From positions 448,001 through 512,000 of the forward strand of contig CBDCKN010000003.1 in the NCBI GenBank assembly GCA_965218295.1: 64,000 nucleotides of DNA. The letters are read 5' to 3'. This document shows, piece by piece, positions 30,259 to 42,195 of this stretch (its first letter is position 1; every line of letters starts with the position of its first letter). The stretch is from Longimicrobiales bacterium (GTDB lineage: Bacteria > Gemmatimonadota > Gemmatimonadetes > Longimicrobiales > Gaopeijiaceae). Under the pieces are notes generated by a model. The model did not search any database. It was not told where the DNA came from and saw nothing but the letters and a program-made list of their open reading frames with translations. Made by a program: the position numbers and the translations under genes.

Positions 30259-31658
30259 GCCGGGTCGCCATCGTCGACTCCGGGGTCGCCAACCTCGCGT
30301 CGGTGAGGAGCGCCCTCGCCGCCGTGGGCGCGGACGGCGTCGTGACCCGGGAGCCCGACACCGTTCGGGAGGCGAGCCACGTGGTGCTGCCCGGCGTGGG
30401 GCGGTTCGAAGCCGGAATCGAGAGCCTGCGCGCGGACGCGCTGGATCTGGCGCTTCTGGACGTCCAGGAGGCAGGCACCCCCCTCCTCGCCATCTGCCTG
30501 GGAATGCAGATGCTGGGAGAGGGCAGCGACGAGAGCCCCGGCGTAGCCGGCTTGGGCATCTTTCCGGGGCGATTCGTTCGCCTGCCCTCCTCGGTGCGGG
30601 TCCCCCATCTGGGCTGGAACCGCGTCGAGGCGGACCCTTCGTCAATCCTGCCACCCGGCATGGCGGCCTTCGCGAACTCGTACTGCCTCACCGACGCCCC
30701 GGAGGGGTGGAGCGCGGCCTGGACGACGCACGAGGTGCGCTTCATATCGGCCCTCACCAGAGGCCGGACCCTGGCCTGCCAGTTCCACCCGGAGCTGTCG
30801 GGTGACTTCGGCATGGGGCTCCTGCGGACGTGGCTCTCGGGGGAGTCGCCGGGCCGCGAGGTTCGGGAGGCAGCCACCTCCGGCAAGGCACGGCCGACTC
30901 TCAATCAAGTGGCACGCCGCATCGTCCCTTGTCTCGACGTGAAAGACGGCCGTGTGGTGAAGGGCGTGCGCTTCCAGAACCTCCGCGACTCCGGGGACCC
31001 GGCCGAACAGGCCGGCCTCTACGAGCAACAGGGAGCCGACGAGATCGTCGTCCTCGACGTGGCGGCCTCACCCGAAGCGCAGGGGACCCAGCTCGACACG
31101 GTCCGCTCCGTGCGAGCGTGCCTCCACATCCCGCTTACCGTCGGCGGAGGGGTTCGCACGGTGGACGACGCGCGCAAGCTCCTGTCGGCCGGTGCCGACA
31201 AGGTGAGCGTTAACACGGCCGCTGTCCGGGACCCGTCCCTCATCGAGCGTCTGGCCCAGGCGTTCGGGTCGCAGTGCATCGTTCTGGCCATAGACGCTCG
31301 CCGGGAGGGGGACAGCTGGGACACGCTCGTGATGGGCGGTCGCGAGCCCACCGGGATGGACGCCATCGAGTGGGCCCGGGAGGGGACCCGCCTGGGCGCA
31401 GGCGAGATCCTGCTGACGAGCTGGGATCGGGACGGGACCAGGAGCGGCTGCGACCTCGAGCTGCTCCGGACCATGCACGATGCAGTGACCGTGCCAGTAA
31501 TCGCGTCGGGCGGCATCGGCACGAAGAGCGACGTGGCAGCCGCCTTCCACTCCGGAGCGGACGCCGTCCTCGCGGCGTCGGTCTTCCACGACGGTGACCT
31601 CACCGTGGCGAGTATCAAGGAGTTCCTGAGCAGAGAAGGGGTGGTGGTACGGACATGA
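30255..31658 (+). CDS. hisHF: Fused imidazole glycerol phosphate synthase (HisH glutaminase + HisF cyclase)
   Basis: LPGVG, ICLGMQ, QFHPE, then without a stop [32 protein letters not shown]. Confidence 0.92.
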   Translation: MSRVAIVDSGVANLASVRSALAAVGADGVVTREPDTVREASHVVLPGVGRFEAGIESLRADALDLALLDVQEAGTPLLAICLGMQMLGEGSDESPGVAGLGIFPGRFVRLPSSVRVPHLGWNRVEADPSSILPPGMAAFANSYCLTDAPEGWSAAWTTHEVRFISALTRGRTLACQFHPELSGDFGMGLLRTWLSGESPGREVREAATSGKARPTLNQVARRIVPCLDVKDGRVVKGVRFQNLRDSGDPAEQAGLYEQQGADEIVVLDVAASPEAQGTQLDTVRSVRACLHIPLTVGGGVRTVDDARKLLSAGADKVSVNTAAVRDPSLIERLAQAFGSQCIVLAIDARREGDSWDTLVMGGREPTGMDAIEWAREGTRLGAGEILLTSWDRDGTRSGCDLELLRTMHDAVTVPVIASGGIGTKSDVAAAFHSGADAVLAASVFHDGDLTVASIKEFLSREGVVVRT

Positions 31659-32990
31659 TCATTCCGAGTGTCGACCTCATGGACGGACGGGCGGTCCAAC
31701 TCCGCCGCGGGCGGGAGCTCGTCCTGGAGGGAGGCGACCCCTTCGAGCGTCTCGAGGAGTTCTCGGTCGCCGGTGAGGTGGCCGTCGTGGACCTGGACGC
31801 GGCGCTTGGCAAGGGATCCAACGCCGGTGTGATCCGGGAGATGGTGCGGCGCGCACCCTGCCGGGTCGGTGGCGGCATCCGCGATCTCCAGACGGCCCTC
31901 GATTGGCTCGACGCCGGAGCCACTCGTGTCGTCATCGGCACGGCGGCGTCCGTGGACTTCTGCTCGCAGCTTCCCCGGGAGCGCGTGGTGGCGGCTGTGG
32001 ACGCGGAGAAGGGCACGGTGGTGGTGGAGGGATGGAGGACCGAGACGACGTTCCAGGTCATCGATCGCATGAGGGAGCTCGCCCCGGTCGTGGGCGGGTT
32101 TCTCCTCACACAGGTTGAGCACGAAGGAGGGATGTCCGGCTTCAGCATGGAGCTCGTGGAGGAAGCAGTGGAGGCAGCGGGAGACGCCCGCGTGACCGCG
32201 GCGGGCGGCATCACCACCGCGGAAGACGTGGCAGCTCTCGACCGACTGGGCGTCGAGGCTCAGGTGGGGATGGCGCTGTACTCGGGCCACCTGACCCTCG
32301 GCGCCGCCGTGGCCGCCCCTCTGACCAAGGGCATCGAGAGCCGACTTTGGCCCACCGTCGTGTGCGAGGAGTCCGGCGCAGCCCTAGGTCTGGTGTGGAG
32401 CACGCGAGAGAGCCTGGAAGCCGCAGTGTTACGGAGGCGGGGCATCTATTGGTCCCGCTCCCGCGGCGAGCTCTGGATCAAGGGCGAGACGTCAGGGGCC
32501 ACCCAGGAGCTCCTTCGGGTGGACTTGGACTGCGACCGGGACGCCCTGCGCTTCACGGTCCGCCAACACGGCTCCGGATTCTGTCACACCGGAGAGTGGG
32601 CGTGTTGGCCGACGGCGTTCACGCTGTCCACCCTCGGAAGGGTGATAGCGGAGCGTCGGGGGGAGCTCGGCTTCGGCGAGGGACCACCGGTGACAGGCGG
32701 CGGCTCCGTGGGGTGGTGGGGAGTCGTCGGACAGGCGCGGCTCGGGTACGGCTCGCGTGTTGGCCGACCCCGAGCTGCTAAGGGCCAAGCTCCTCGAGGA
32801 GGCGGCGGAGCTGGCCGATGCCACGGACACCGCGAGCGCCACCCATGAGGCCGCCGACCTCATCTACTTCGCTCTGGTCGGTGCGGCCCGCCACGGCGTG
32901 GGCATGGAGGACGTACGCCGTGAGCTCGAGCACCGGCATCGACAGGTCCGACGCCGTCCCATGGCGGCCAAGCCGGAAGGAGGAACATAA
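31655..32990 (+). CDS. hisAIE: Fused HisA-like isomerase, phosphoribosyl-AMP cyclohydrolase (HisI) and phosphoribosyl-ATP pyrophosphatase (HisE); frameshift ~32660-32750
   Basis: [47 protein letters not shown]...CW; then in another frame KLLEEAAEL...EAADLIY. Confidence 0.85.
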
Positions 32991-34250
32991 TGAACGAGAG
33001 CCTTCTTCCCCGTCGAGACCCCGAGGAATTCACGGCGGGCAACCCGGGCGCTATCTCCCTTGAGATCCAACGCGAAGCCGAGGTCATCGTAGAGCGGGTC
33101 CGAGCCGTCGGTGAAGCCGCCATCCGGGAGTACGCGACCAGGTTCGACGAGCGCAGCCCCGAGCAGTCCCCTGTACATCACCCGTGATGAGCTGGGGCTC
33201 CAGCTCGAAGCGATGGCGCCATCCGACCGCGCACGCCTGGAGCGCATCGGAGGGCGCATCCGCGAGTTCGCCACCGCCCAGAGGGGCGCTCTCGAACCCC
33301 TCGACGTCGATATCCCCGGGGGGACCGTGGGGCACCGCATCGATCCGGTGGAGGCGGCGGGATGCTACGCCCCCGGCGGGCGCTATCCCCTTCCCTCCTC
33401 GGTGCTCATGACCGCCGTCACCGCCCGGGCCGCCGGAGTGGAGTCGGTTTGGGTCGCGAGTCCCCGACCCACGCCCATCACCCTCGCAGCCGCCGCCGTA
33501 GCCGATGTTGACGGAGTCCTAGCGGTGGGAGGAGCCCACGCCATCGCGGGTCTGGCCTTCGGGGTCGGACCGGTGCCTCCAAGCGATGTGGTCGTCGGTC
33601 CGGGGAACCTGTACGTGACCGCGGCCAAGCAGCTCCTGGCCGGCGCCGTGGCCATCGACATGCTGGCCGGCCCGTCGGAGCTCGTGATCATCGCGGACGG
33701 TTCGGCAGATCCGGCCTGGATCGCCGCAGACCTCCTCGCCCAGGCGGAGCACGATCCCGAAGCCGTGCCGATCCTGATCGCGATGGACCCGGCTCTTATT
33801 ACTGCGGTCGAAGCGGAGCTGAGCACCCAGCTCGGCGACCTCCCCACCGCCGACACCGCTCGTACCGCAATATCGAAAGGGGGCGTCATCGCCTGTCCCA
33901 ACGTCGAGGAGGCCGCCCGGGTGAGCGACGCCATCGCGCCCGAGCACCTGCAGCTGTCCATGGCCAACGCCCGTGACCTGGTGCCCCGCCTCAACCACTA
34001 CGGCGCCCTCTTCATCGGGGAAAGGAGCGCCGAGGTGTTCGGCGACTACGGAGTCGGTCCAAACCATGTGCTCCCAACGTCGGGGACGGCCCGGGCTCGG
34101 GGAGGTCTTTCGGTCATGGACTTCCTGCGAGTGCGTACCTGGATCCGCCTGGACCAACCCGGTCCATCTCGCGAGCTGGTAGAGGATTCGGCCTGGCTGG
34201 CCAGGCAGGAGGGGCTGGAGGCCCACGCGCGAGCGGCGGAGCTTCGGTAA
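32990..34250 (+). CDS. hisD: Histidinol dehydrogenase (frameshift ~33170)
   Basis: YAPGGRYPLPSSVLM, VGPGN, DMLAGPSE, DLLAQAEHD, APEHL, GDYGVGPNHVLPT. Confidence 0.93.
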
Positions 34251-34297
34251 AGGCTCGCCCGCTGCGCTATAATTGAGGGATTCTCAAAGGAGACTTC

Positions 34298-35357
34298 ATG
34301 AAACGATCGGTGGTGGCGTTGGGCTCTATCCTCCTCCCCTCCATAGCGCCTCCGTCAACAGCCCGGGCTCAACAGGGCCCGTGGGGCCTCACGGCGGTCG
34401 AGGGGATCACGGTCGGGCATCACACCCTGAGCGAGAGGCCCACCGGCTGCACCGTGATCCTCACCGGAAAGGGTGCGGTCGGAGGAGTGGACGTCCGCGG
34501 CGGCGCGCCTGGCACGGTCGAGACCGATCTCTTGGATCCGGTGAACTCCGTGCAGGAAGTCCACGGCATCATCCTCTCCGGCGGCAGCGCCTTCGGGTTG
34601 GCTGCCCGAGACGGAGTCATGCGCTACCTGGACGAGAAGGGCATCGGATACCGCATGGGGTCCATCGTGGTACCCATCGTGGTCGGTGCCATCCTCTACG
34701 ATCTCCCTGTGGGGGGACGACCCCGGTGTTCGCCCGGGCGCCGAATGCGGATACCAAGCGGCCGCCCGGGCCACCGGAGACACGCCCGCCGAGGGGAATG
34801 TGGGCGCAGGGGAGGGAGCCACCGTTGGCAAGCTCCGAGGCATCCCGCGCGCTATGAAGAGTGGGATCGGGACCGCGTCGATTACACTGCCCAGTGGCCT
34901 CACGATCGGAGCTATCGTGGCGGTCAACGCGGTGGGCGACGTCATCGACCCGTCGACGGGCGCCGTGATCGCGGGAGTCCGTACAGCCGACGGCCGGGGC
35001 CTCGCCGACGCCCGGGTGCTGCTGCGGGAAAGTCGCGAGTCGAACGAGCCCCAGAGCGGGGCCAACACCACCATCGGGGTCGTTGCGACGAACGCCGTGC
35101 TCACCCAAGCCCAGGCCACCAAGGTGGCGCAGATGGCCCAGGACGGCTTCGCCCGGGCGATCTATCCCGCGCACACTATGGGGGACGGAGACACCGTCTT
35201 CTCCCTCGCCACCGGCACCTTCGACGGCGATGCGTCCGTCTCCACGATCGGAGCCCTGGCGGCGGACATGGTCACCGAAGCCATCTTGGGGGCCGTGCGG
35301 GCGGCCACCGGCATCGAGGGGATTCCCTCCGCCTCGGACCTCAACACGGGCCGGTGA
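34298..35357 (+). CDS. P1/S58 family peptidase (DmpA-like), exported (frameshift ~34715)
   Basis: VDVRGGAPGT, GGSAFGL, GNVGAG, VNAVGD, NTTIGVVATNA, HTMGDGDTVF. Confidence 0.88.
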
Positions 35358-35474
35358 TGCGGGCGCCCCCGCGCCGCCAAGTGATGCACGGTGCGCGCCG
35401 CCCTAAGAGTCCAAGCCGCTCCGTGACATCCACCGGCCGTCTCGCCCCATGACCCCCGAGACCTCGGCGCGCCC

Positions 35475-36896
35475 GTGAACCTCGAGCTGGTAGTCCTAGT
35501 GGTCTACTCGGCCATCCTCATCGGCCTCGGCCTTTGGATCGGCCGGCGGGTGGAGAGCAGCGGGGGGTTCTTCGTGGCGAACCGCAAGCTCGGAGCAGCG
35601 CTCATCTTCTCCACCGTGCTCGCCGCCAACATCGGCGCGGGCAGCACCGTGGGGGCCGCCGGGCTCGGCTACCGGGACGGCTTGGCCGGGTGGTGGTGGG
35701 TAGGCTCGGCCGCCGTCGGCACGCTGATCCTGGCCCTTTGGATCGGACCGCGAATCTGGCGCATCGCCGCGGAGCACGGCCTCTACACAATGGGGGACTA
35801 CCTTGAGCTCCGATATGGCCGGTCCGTTCGGGCGGCCATCACCGGCCTCCTGTGGCTCGGCACCCCGGCGCTCCTGGCGGCCCAGCTCATCGCCATGGCC
35901 AAGATCCTCGAGTTCGTGGCGGGGGCGCCCGAGTGGGCCGGCGTCCTTATCGGCGGGGTGGTCATGACGGCCTACTTCACGGCCGGCGGGCTCCTTACGT
36001 CCGCCTGGGTCAACATGGTCCAGCTCGTGGTCCTGGTACTCGGCTTCGCGGTGGCCCTGCCCTGGGCCTGGGCAGCGGTAGGGGGTTGGGAGGGCGTGGT
36101 GGCCGCCGCGCCCCCATCCGGGGATTACTTGGACTTCTGGCAGGGAGGTCGCTCGGGTTGGATCTACCTGGCGCTCCTCGGGCCGAACTTCATGGTCTCG
36201 CCGGGACTCGTCCAGAAGGTATACGGAGCCGTAGACGAACGGGCCATTCGCCTGGGCCTGGGAGCCGCAGCCCTTGCGTTGCTGGTCTTCGCAGTGGTTC
36301 CGCCCCTCTTCGGAATGATCGCCCGGGTCTACGACCCGGCCCTCGTGGACCGGGAGCATGCCCTGATGCTGGTCCTGACTGCCGGCCTTCCGACGCTTCT
36401 CGGGAGCGTGGGCCTGGCGGCGGTCTTCTCCGCCGAGATCAGCTCGGCCGACGCCATCCTCTTCATGCTGTCCACTTCCCTGTCCAAGGACCTCTACAAG
36501 CGCTTCCTCAGGCCCGACGCCGATGACGGACAGGTTCTAAACGTCGCCCGTGGTGCGGCTCTCGCTGGAGGGAGCATCGGCATGCTTCTGGCGCTGGTGC
36601 TGCCGTCGATCATCGACGCCCTCACCATCTTTTACTCCCTGATGGCCGTCTGCCTCTTCATCCCGGTGGTGGCAGGCCTCTACGCGCGCCGGCCCGGAAC
36701 GCCGGAGGCCCTGGCGGCCAGCGGCGTGGGCGTTGCAGCCCTGATCACCGTGGAGCTGGCGGACTTCGCCGACCCATCCCCGTGGCTGAACTCCACCTTC
36801 CTGGGGATCGTGGCGTCGGCGCTGGCCTTTGGCTTGGTCTTCCTGGTGCGCCGCCCCTCCGGGGAGCGGACGGAGGCGGATCAGCGCCTCCGCTGA
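35475..36896 (+). CDS. Sodium:solute symporter family protein
   Basis: FFVANR, ANIGAGS, YTMGDYLELRYG, SAEISSAD; about 13 hydrophobic segments. Confidence 0.9.
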   Translation: MNLELVVLVVYSAILIGLGLWIGRRVESSGGFFVANRKLGAALIFSTVLAANIGAGSTVGAAGLGYRDGLAGWWWVGSAAVGTLILALWIGPRIWRIAAEHGLYTMGDYLELRYGRSVRAAITGLLWLGTPALLAAQLIAMAKILEFVAGAPEWAGVLIGGVVMTAYFTAGGLLTSAWVNMVQLVVLVLGFAVALPWAWAAVGGWEGVVAAAPPSGDYLDFWQGGRSGWIYLALLGPNFMVSPGLVQKVYGAVDERAIRLGLGAAALALLVFAVVPPLFGMIARVYDPALVDREHALMLVLTAGLPTLLGSVGLAAVFSAEISSADAILFMLSTSLSKDLYKRFLRPDADDGQVLNVARGAALAGGSIGMLLALVLPSIIDALTIFYSLMAVCLFIPVVAGLYARRPGTPEALAASGVGVAALITVELADFADPSPWLNSTFLGIVASALAFGLVFLVRRPSGERTEADQRLR

Positions 36897-37254
36897 CCGT
36901 CGGCTCTTGGAGCGCCGCGTCAAGAGCGCCGTCCGATGAGGAGCCGCCCGGCACGCCCTGCTTCCGCCTGCGAGAGTTCAAGCAGGCCGAGCCCGTGATC
37001 TCTTCGGCGGCTCGACGATCAGCGTGGCGTTCGACCTGTTCGAGAAGGCCGAGAGGGGTCCGGCCCCTCGTCGGTCTTGGGGGACCGTGCCGATCTGATG
37101 ATGGTCCGATGATACGCACCGATTACCCTCGGGAGCCCTGGAAGAGCTCCGTCGCTCACGCCCCGACCGAGGTCCGCACCGATCTCACGCGATCGCGAGA
37201 CGTCGGGCGAGCTCAGGAGCGCTTCCACCCGACTACCAGTCACCAGGAGGTTCT

Positions 37255-37437
37255 ATGCAGACCCTATCACCGGGCCGGATGCAGGAGCTGTGCGGCTCCA
37301 AGATGGACGAGGGGAGCGCCTGCGGTTTCATGGTCGGAGCCCTGGGAGGCGCCATCATGCTGGGGTGGGTCGTCCCTGCGGCGTTCATCTTCATGTTCAC
37401 GCCGCTGGTATGCGTCCTGGACTACGGACTGGGCTGA
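37255..37437 (+). CDS. Putative bacteriocin/RiPP precursor peptide A (60 aa)
   Basis: Strong RBS AGGAGG; leader MQTLSPGRMQELCGS resembling double-glycine leaders; hydrophobic Gly-rich core with 2 Cys. Confidence 0.65.
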   Translation: MQTLSPGRMQELCGSKMDEGSACGFMVGALGGAIMLGWVVPAAFIFMFTPLVCVLDYGLG

Positions 37438-37484
37438 TCGCCCGTCGCCATTCGACCCACTCTTCCCCCAAGCAGGAGATCATC

Positions 37485-37661
37485 ATAACAGAGCTCACGA
37501 CCTATCAGATGGCTGATATCAACAGTACGAGCTTCTGGATGGGCTTCCTTTGCGGTGCCGGCATCATCTCCTCGATCGCCATATCGGCCTCCCCGGACCC
37601 CGTTGTGAGGTGGACCATCTACAGCGGCACGGTCGGTGCTTGCGGACTAGCGTTCTTTTGA
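37485..37661 (+). CDS. Putative bacteriocin/RiPP precursor peptide B (~58 aa; ATA at the expected start, alternative ATG 37509)
   Basis: AGGAG at 37474-37478; xTELTTYQMADINS leader-like segment; core SFWMGFLCGAG...GTVGACGLAFF with 2 Cys. Confidence 0.6.
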   Translation: MTELTTYQMADINSTSFWMGFLCGAGIISSIAISASPDPVVRWTIYSGTVGACGLAFF

Positions 37662-37717
37662 GTTGGTCGGGCTGGGCGTGACCGGGGCGCCCAGCCCGTC
37701 GCCTCACTGTCATTTCG

Positions 37718-39273
37718 ATGGGTGACCTCTCCGACGACCTCCTGCTGGTCACACGACACAAGCTCCTAATCGTCGGTCGCCGCTTCGCAGACACCGTACG
37801 CAACACACTCGAAGGGAAGATGGCTCTGATCGTCATGTTGGCCGCCCCCTTCTTGATGAAGAGCATGCTAGGGTCCGCGTCCCTGCGGGCCGCGAACGCC
37901 AGCCGCGATGCGGCCGGCGTCATACTCACGCTCGCCCACGCCGCGACCGTGGTTGCGCTGATTCTGGGCGTTGCCGCACGCACCGCTCGCTCGCTGATCG
38001 TCGAGAAGCAAGAGGAGCCCCTGGCTCTGTACACGGGTGGGAGGCGTGGTCTCGCTGCCTATGACCTGTGGGGAGAAGTGGCGGCGACCGGCCTCTGGCT
38101 CCTCTTCTTCTTCTATCTCTTCTACGGCGCCTTGATTTATGGCCTGGCGACTCAGCCGCTCCTGGTCCTGCCGATGCATCTCCTTGCGCACTTTCTGGTG
38201 CTGGGCGCCCTCGGAGCACTGGCCTACCGCTGGACCCTTCGGATCCTGGAGAGACGGCCGGCGATGGGTCGATCTCTCTACATCGGGACCAGTGCCGGCG
38301 CTGTGCTCGCGTTCCTCGCCATGGTCGGGTCGGCGACACTTCTCGAAGATGTCGCGCCCGGGTTGATGGCCCCGCTGGTGGTGTGGTTCGACGGGGCCGC
38401 CGTTTTCTATCCTCCGCTCGCTGCGCTGGTCCAACCCACGAACAATCTCCTTGGCCCGCTGATGTGGGTAGCCGGCGTCGTGGCTGCTCCCGCTGTTGCC
38501 CTGAAGGCGGCCGGCCCACTGATGCGCGAGCCGAGTCCCCTGCTGCTGGGCGACGTTGAAGCGCTGCCAGAGCGCCCCTTCACGAGCACCTTTCGGACAC
38601 AGTGGCACCCCAAGGCCCGTGGTATGGCCGGCATTCGCTTGTTCTTCCTGAAGGACATCCTTCTTCCCACGACCCGGAATCCCCGCAATTTCCTCACCAG
38701 ACAGTGGATCCTGCTCGCCGTTGCCGTGACGGCACCTGTCGTGATGTGGCAGCTCCGAGGTGAGGGGCGCGTGAGCGAGATCGCGGCGGAGGCCGCCTTG
38801 TGGGGAGTGGTGATGGCGCTTCCATCGGTCGCCGCCTACTTGGGCGGGCTTGGCTCGCTCGGACGGGAGGGGCCGGAATTGGCGCTGATTCGTCCATTCC
38901 TCCGGCCAGCCACGCTGTGGGGCTACAAGGTGCTTCCAGTCCTAGCTGCCGTGGTGCCGTACGGACTCGTGTACGGAGCCATCACGGGAGCCACCGCCGC
39001 CGGGCTGGCCCTCGAGCCTGGACCGTTGCCGGCAGCGGGCGTGGGTGGACTGACCGGAGTCGTCGCCGCCGTGAATGCGGTCGCTCTGGGGTTCCTGTCT
39101 CCCGACTTTGGACGCCGGAGCGTGCTCGCAACGGGTGCGTCGAGGACCGCACGGAAGTGCTGCCCGCCGAGGCGTTCGCCATGACCCTGGTCACCACGGC
39201 GGGCTTGGGCGTGACGATGGGGGGAATCATCACCTTCTTCGCCCTTCGTCGACTCCCCTACCTGGAGACTTGA
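37718..39273 (+). CDS. Multi-TM ABC-type permease subunit (frameshift ~39160)
   Basis: Many TM segments; 'FFLKDI' and 'SLGREG..LALIR..P' segments typical of ABC-2-like permeases; adjacent to an ABC ATPase. Confidence 0.65.
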
Positions 39274-39274
39274 G

Positions 39275-40042
39275 ATGACGGACGCACCGTCGATAAGAAT
39301 CGACCGGCTCACCAAGAGTTTCGGCCCGGTGCTGGCCGTCTCCCAGTTGAGCATGACCGTCGATGCGGGTGAGATCGTCTGCTTCCTGGGCCCAAACGGC
39401 GCAGGCAAGACGACGACCATCGCCACGATCATGGGTCTCAAGAGACCCACAGCCGGTGACGTGTTCATCAACGGCGTGAGCCTTCGTGCGCCAAAGGTCG
39501 AATCAGTCCGTAGAAGTATCGGCTATCTGCCGGAGCAACCGGTGTTGTACGACTATCTCACGGGTCGGGAGTTCGTCCAGTTCTTCGGCCAGCTTTACCG
39601 AGCGGACAGGGCATTGGACAGCTGGCTGGACGATCGGCTGGCCGCCCTACAGATGAGTGAGGACGCAGATCGGCTGATCAAGGGCTACTCGGCGGGAATG
39701 CGGAAGAAGATCTCCTTCCTCACGGCCCTGGTCCATCAGCCCGACATCCTGATCTTCGATGAGCCCACCGGCGCGCTGGACGCTCTCAGCTCCCGCATTG
39801 TCAAAGATGAGATGGTCGCCGCCCGAGACAGAGGCTCGTTGGTCTTCTTCACGACTCATGTCATGGAGATCGCGGAGCGCCTGGCGGACCGAATCGTCAT
39901 TATCAATAACGGACAACTCGTAGCAGACGGGACACTCGCCGAGTTGCGGATGGCGCACGGCCGAGAGACCGGCGAATCACTCGAGAGTCTATTCCTCCGC
40001 CTGATTCAACTGACGGGGTCCCGAGCAGGCCAGAGCGAATGA
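39275..40042 (+). CDS. ABC transporter ATP-binding protein (ABC-2 exporter type)
   Basis: GPNGAGKT, YSAGMRKK, IFDEP, TTH. Confidence 0.93.
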   Translation: MTDAPSIRIDRLTKSFGPVLAVSQLSMTVDAGEIVCFLGPNGAGKTTTIATIMGLKRPTAGDVFINGVSLRAPKVESVRRSIGYLPEQPVLYDYLTGREFVQFFGQLYRADRALDSWLDDRLAALQMSEDADRLIKGYSAGMRKKISFLTALVHQPDILIFDEPTGALDALSSRIVKDEMVAARDRGSLVFFTTHVMEIAERLADRIVIINNGQLVADGTLAELRMAHGRETGESLESLFLRLIQLTGSRAGQSE

Positions 40043-42190
40043 TGCCTTTGGCGCTTTCTCGACTGGCACGATGGTGCGCCCGCACCGTGAACCCCCACCC
40101 GGTCGTCCGTCAGTACGATCGCGTTGATTGCGGCCCCGCCTGCCTACTTTCAGTGCTACGGTTCCACGGCGGCGATACCGGGCTCCCCCGGGTTCGATCC
40201 TTGAGTGGCACCGACGCGAGCGGGACCAGCCTCCTTGGGCTCCATCGCGCCGCCGTCGCCCTCGGATTCGAAGCCTGCGGCGCCACCGGCGACTATGACA
40301 GCCTGCGCAAGGAACGAGTGCCGTGTATAGCCCACGTGGTTGTCGAGGGAGCTCAGCACTACGTCGTCGTCTATGAGGCCCGAGACCGACGGCTGAAGGT
40401 GGGCGACCCGGCTCTCGGACCTCGGTGGCTCACGCGTGAGGATTTCGAAGGTATTTGGAGTCAACGAGCCGTCTTGCTCCTACACCCCGGCCGGGATCTC
40501 CTCCGAGAGCACCCAGCTCATTGGTTCCGATGGGTTCTCGGCCGCATCCGCCACGTTCACGGGTGGCTGGTGCAGTCTGTGTTCCTCGGGGTGATCTACA
40601 CGATTCTGGGTCTCGCTACGGCGGTCGTGGTTCAGCGACTGATCGATGACTTCATCGAGATGCGTGACGTGTCGCGGATTCTGTTGGCCGGTGGGTTTCT
40701 TCTTGCCCTCCATGCATTGAGGGGATTGGCCGGATACCTCCGTCAGCGGTTCTTGGTCGGACTCTCCAAGAGAGCCTCGAACGCAATCGCATCGGAGTTC
40801 CTGGAACACCTGTTCCAGCTTCCCGCTCGTTACTTCGAAACGCGAAAGCGTGGAGACATCATCGCACGTCTGCAGGATGCCTCGCGTATTCAAACCGCGG
40901 TCTTGGAGATTCTGGGGAGCACGACCGTCGACGTACTCATCACGGTGCTGTCGATGGCTGCCGTCTTCTACTTCTCGCCACCACTGGGTTGGATCGCACT
41001 GATCCTCTTGGCACCCTACGTCCTCGTCACAGGCACCGCGGCACGACAGATTCATCGGGAGTATCATGCGGCCCTGGGCGCTTATGGGCGGCTTCACGCT
41101 TCCTATGTCGACGCCATCGAGGGCATCGACTCGATCCGCGGGCTCGGCGTCGGACCGGCCTTCACTCGGCTGAACCTGGCGCTCTTCGGCCACTTCCAAA
41201 CCCGGGTCGAGCGGCTCGGACTCACACGTGCCGCGATCGGATTCCGGGTCGAGGGTGTGAGCAGCGCCCTGCTGGCCACGATCCTGACCGTCGGCGCCCT
41301 TCTAGTGGTGACAGGAGATCTGCGCCTCGGGGCGATGATGGCCGCCTACTCGCTCGTTGCCGGCACCTTGCCGAGCCTGCAGCGAGTCATGGAGGGCCTC
41401 TTCGCGTTTCAAGGCGGCGGGGCCGCGGCCCAAAGGCTGCAGGACCTCATGCTCACCGCCCCGGAAGAGAGTAGCGGGGAGCGTCCGTTCCGGATGAGAG
41501 TGGACTTGAGGTTGGACGCCGCCCGCTTCGAGTGGCCCAACGGAGAGCCGGTTCTGAACGGAGCCAGCCTGACACTCCGGCGCGGACGGATCACTGGATT
41601 GAGCGGAGCGAACGGATCCGGCAAGACCACGCTCGTTCATCTCCTCACGCGGCGCTATCCACTGAATGGGGGACGTTTGAGGATCGACGGCGTAATGGCG
41701 TCGAGCATCGACCTTCAGGCGTATCGTCGGCAGGTAGCCGCCGTTCCAGAGGCTGTGAAGATCTTTCACGGCACTCTTGGTGACAACATCGTTCTCGCAC
41801 GGGAGGAGCTTTCTCGGGAAGAGCTTACCGACCGCCTTCGTGACCTCGCGGTGGGCTCGTTCATCAGTCGCTTCAAGGGGGGACTTGCCACCATGCTCGG
41901 CGAGGACGGCCGTCGCTTGTCTGCGGGTGAGCGGCAGATGATCGGTCTGATACGCGTGCTGCTATGCCGGCCCTCGGTTCTCATCATCGATGAGGGCCTG
42001 AACGCCCTGGACCCCCAGCTCTACCGGACAGCCATCAGGGCCCTCGCAGCGCACGCCTCCCGAGGAGCGGTTCCTCATCTCTCATCACCCTTCCGTGTTG
42101 GCCCTCGCCGATGAGCAACTCCGCCTCGAAGGGGGCGTCATCACCTCAGTCATGGGGCACGAACCGGGGCCCGACGCCGAGGCGGCCTGA
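40039..42190 (+). CDS. Peptidase C39-containing ABC transporter (bacteriocin processing/export); frameshift ~42075
   Basis: QYDRVDCGPACL (Cys), QHYVVV (His), GDP (Asp); TM domain; GANGSGKT, LSAGERQ, LIIDE; the ISH H-loop is in the shifted frame. Confidence 0.92.
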
Positions 42191-42195
42191 GCCGA

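Noticed and set aside
27944..35357. Multiple frameshifts in his genes and the DmpA-like gene as pseudogenisation or programmed frameshifting
   Set aside because: They are mostly 1-nt indels, several in G/C homopolymers, scattered through otherwise well-conserved genes across the window. Long-read consensus error is more likely, though decay cannot be excluded without reads.
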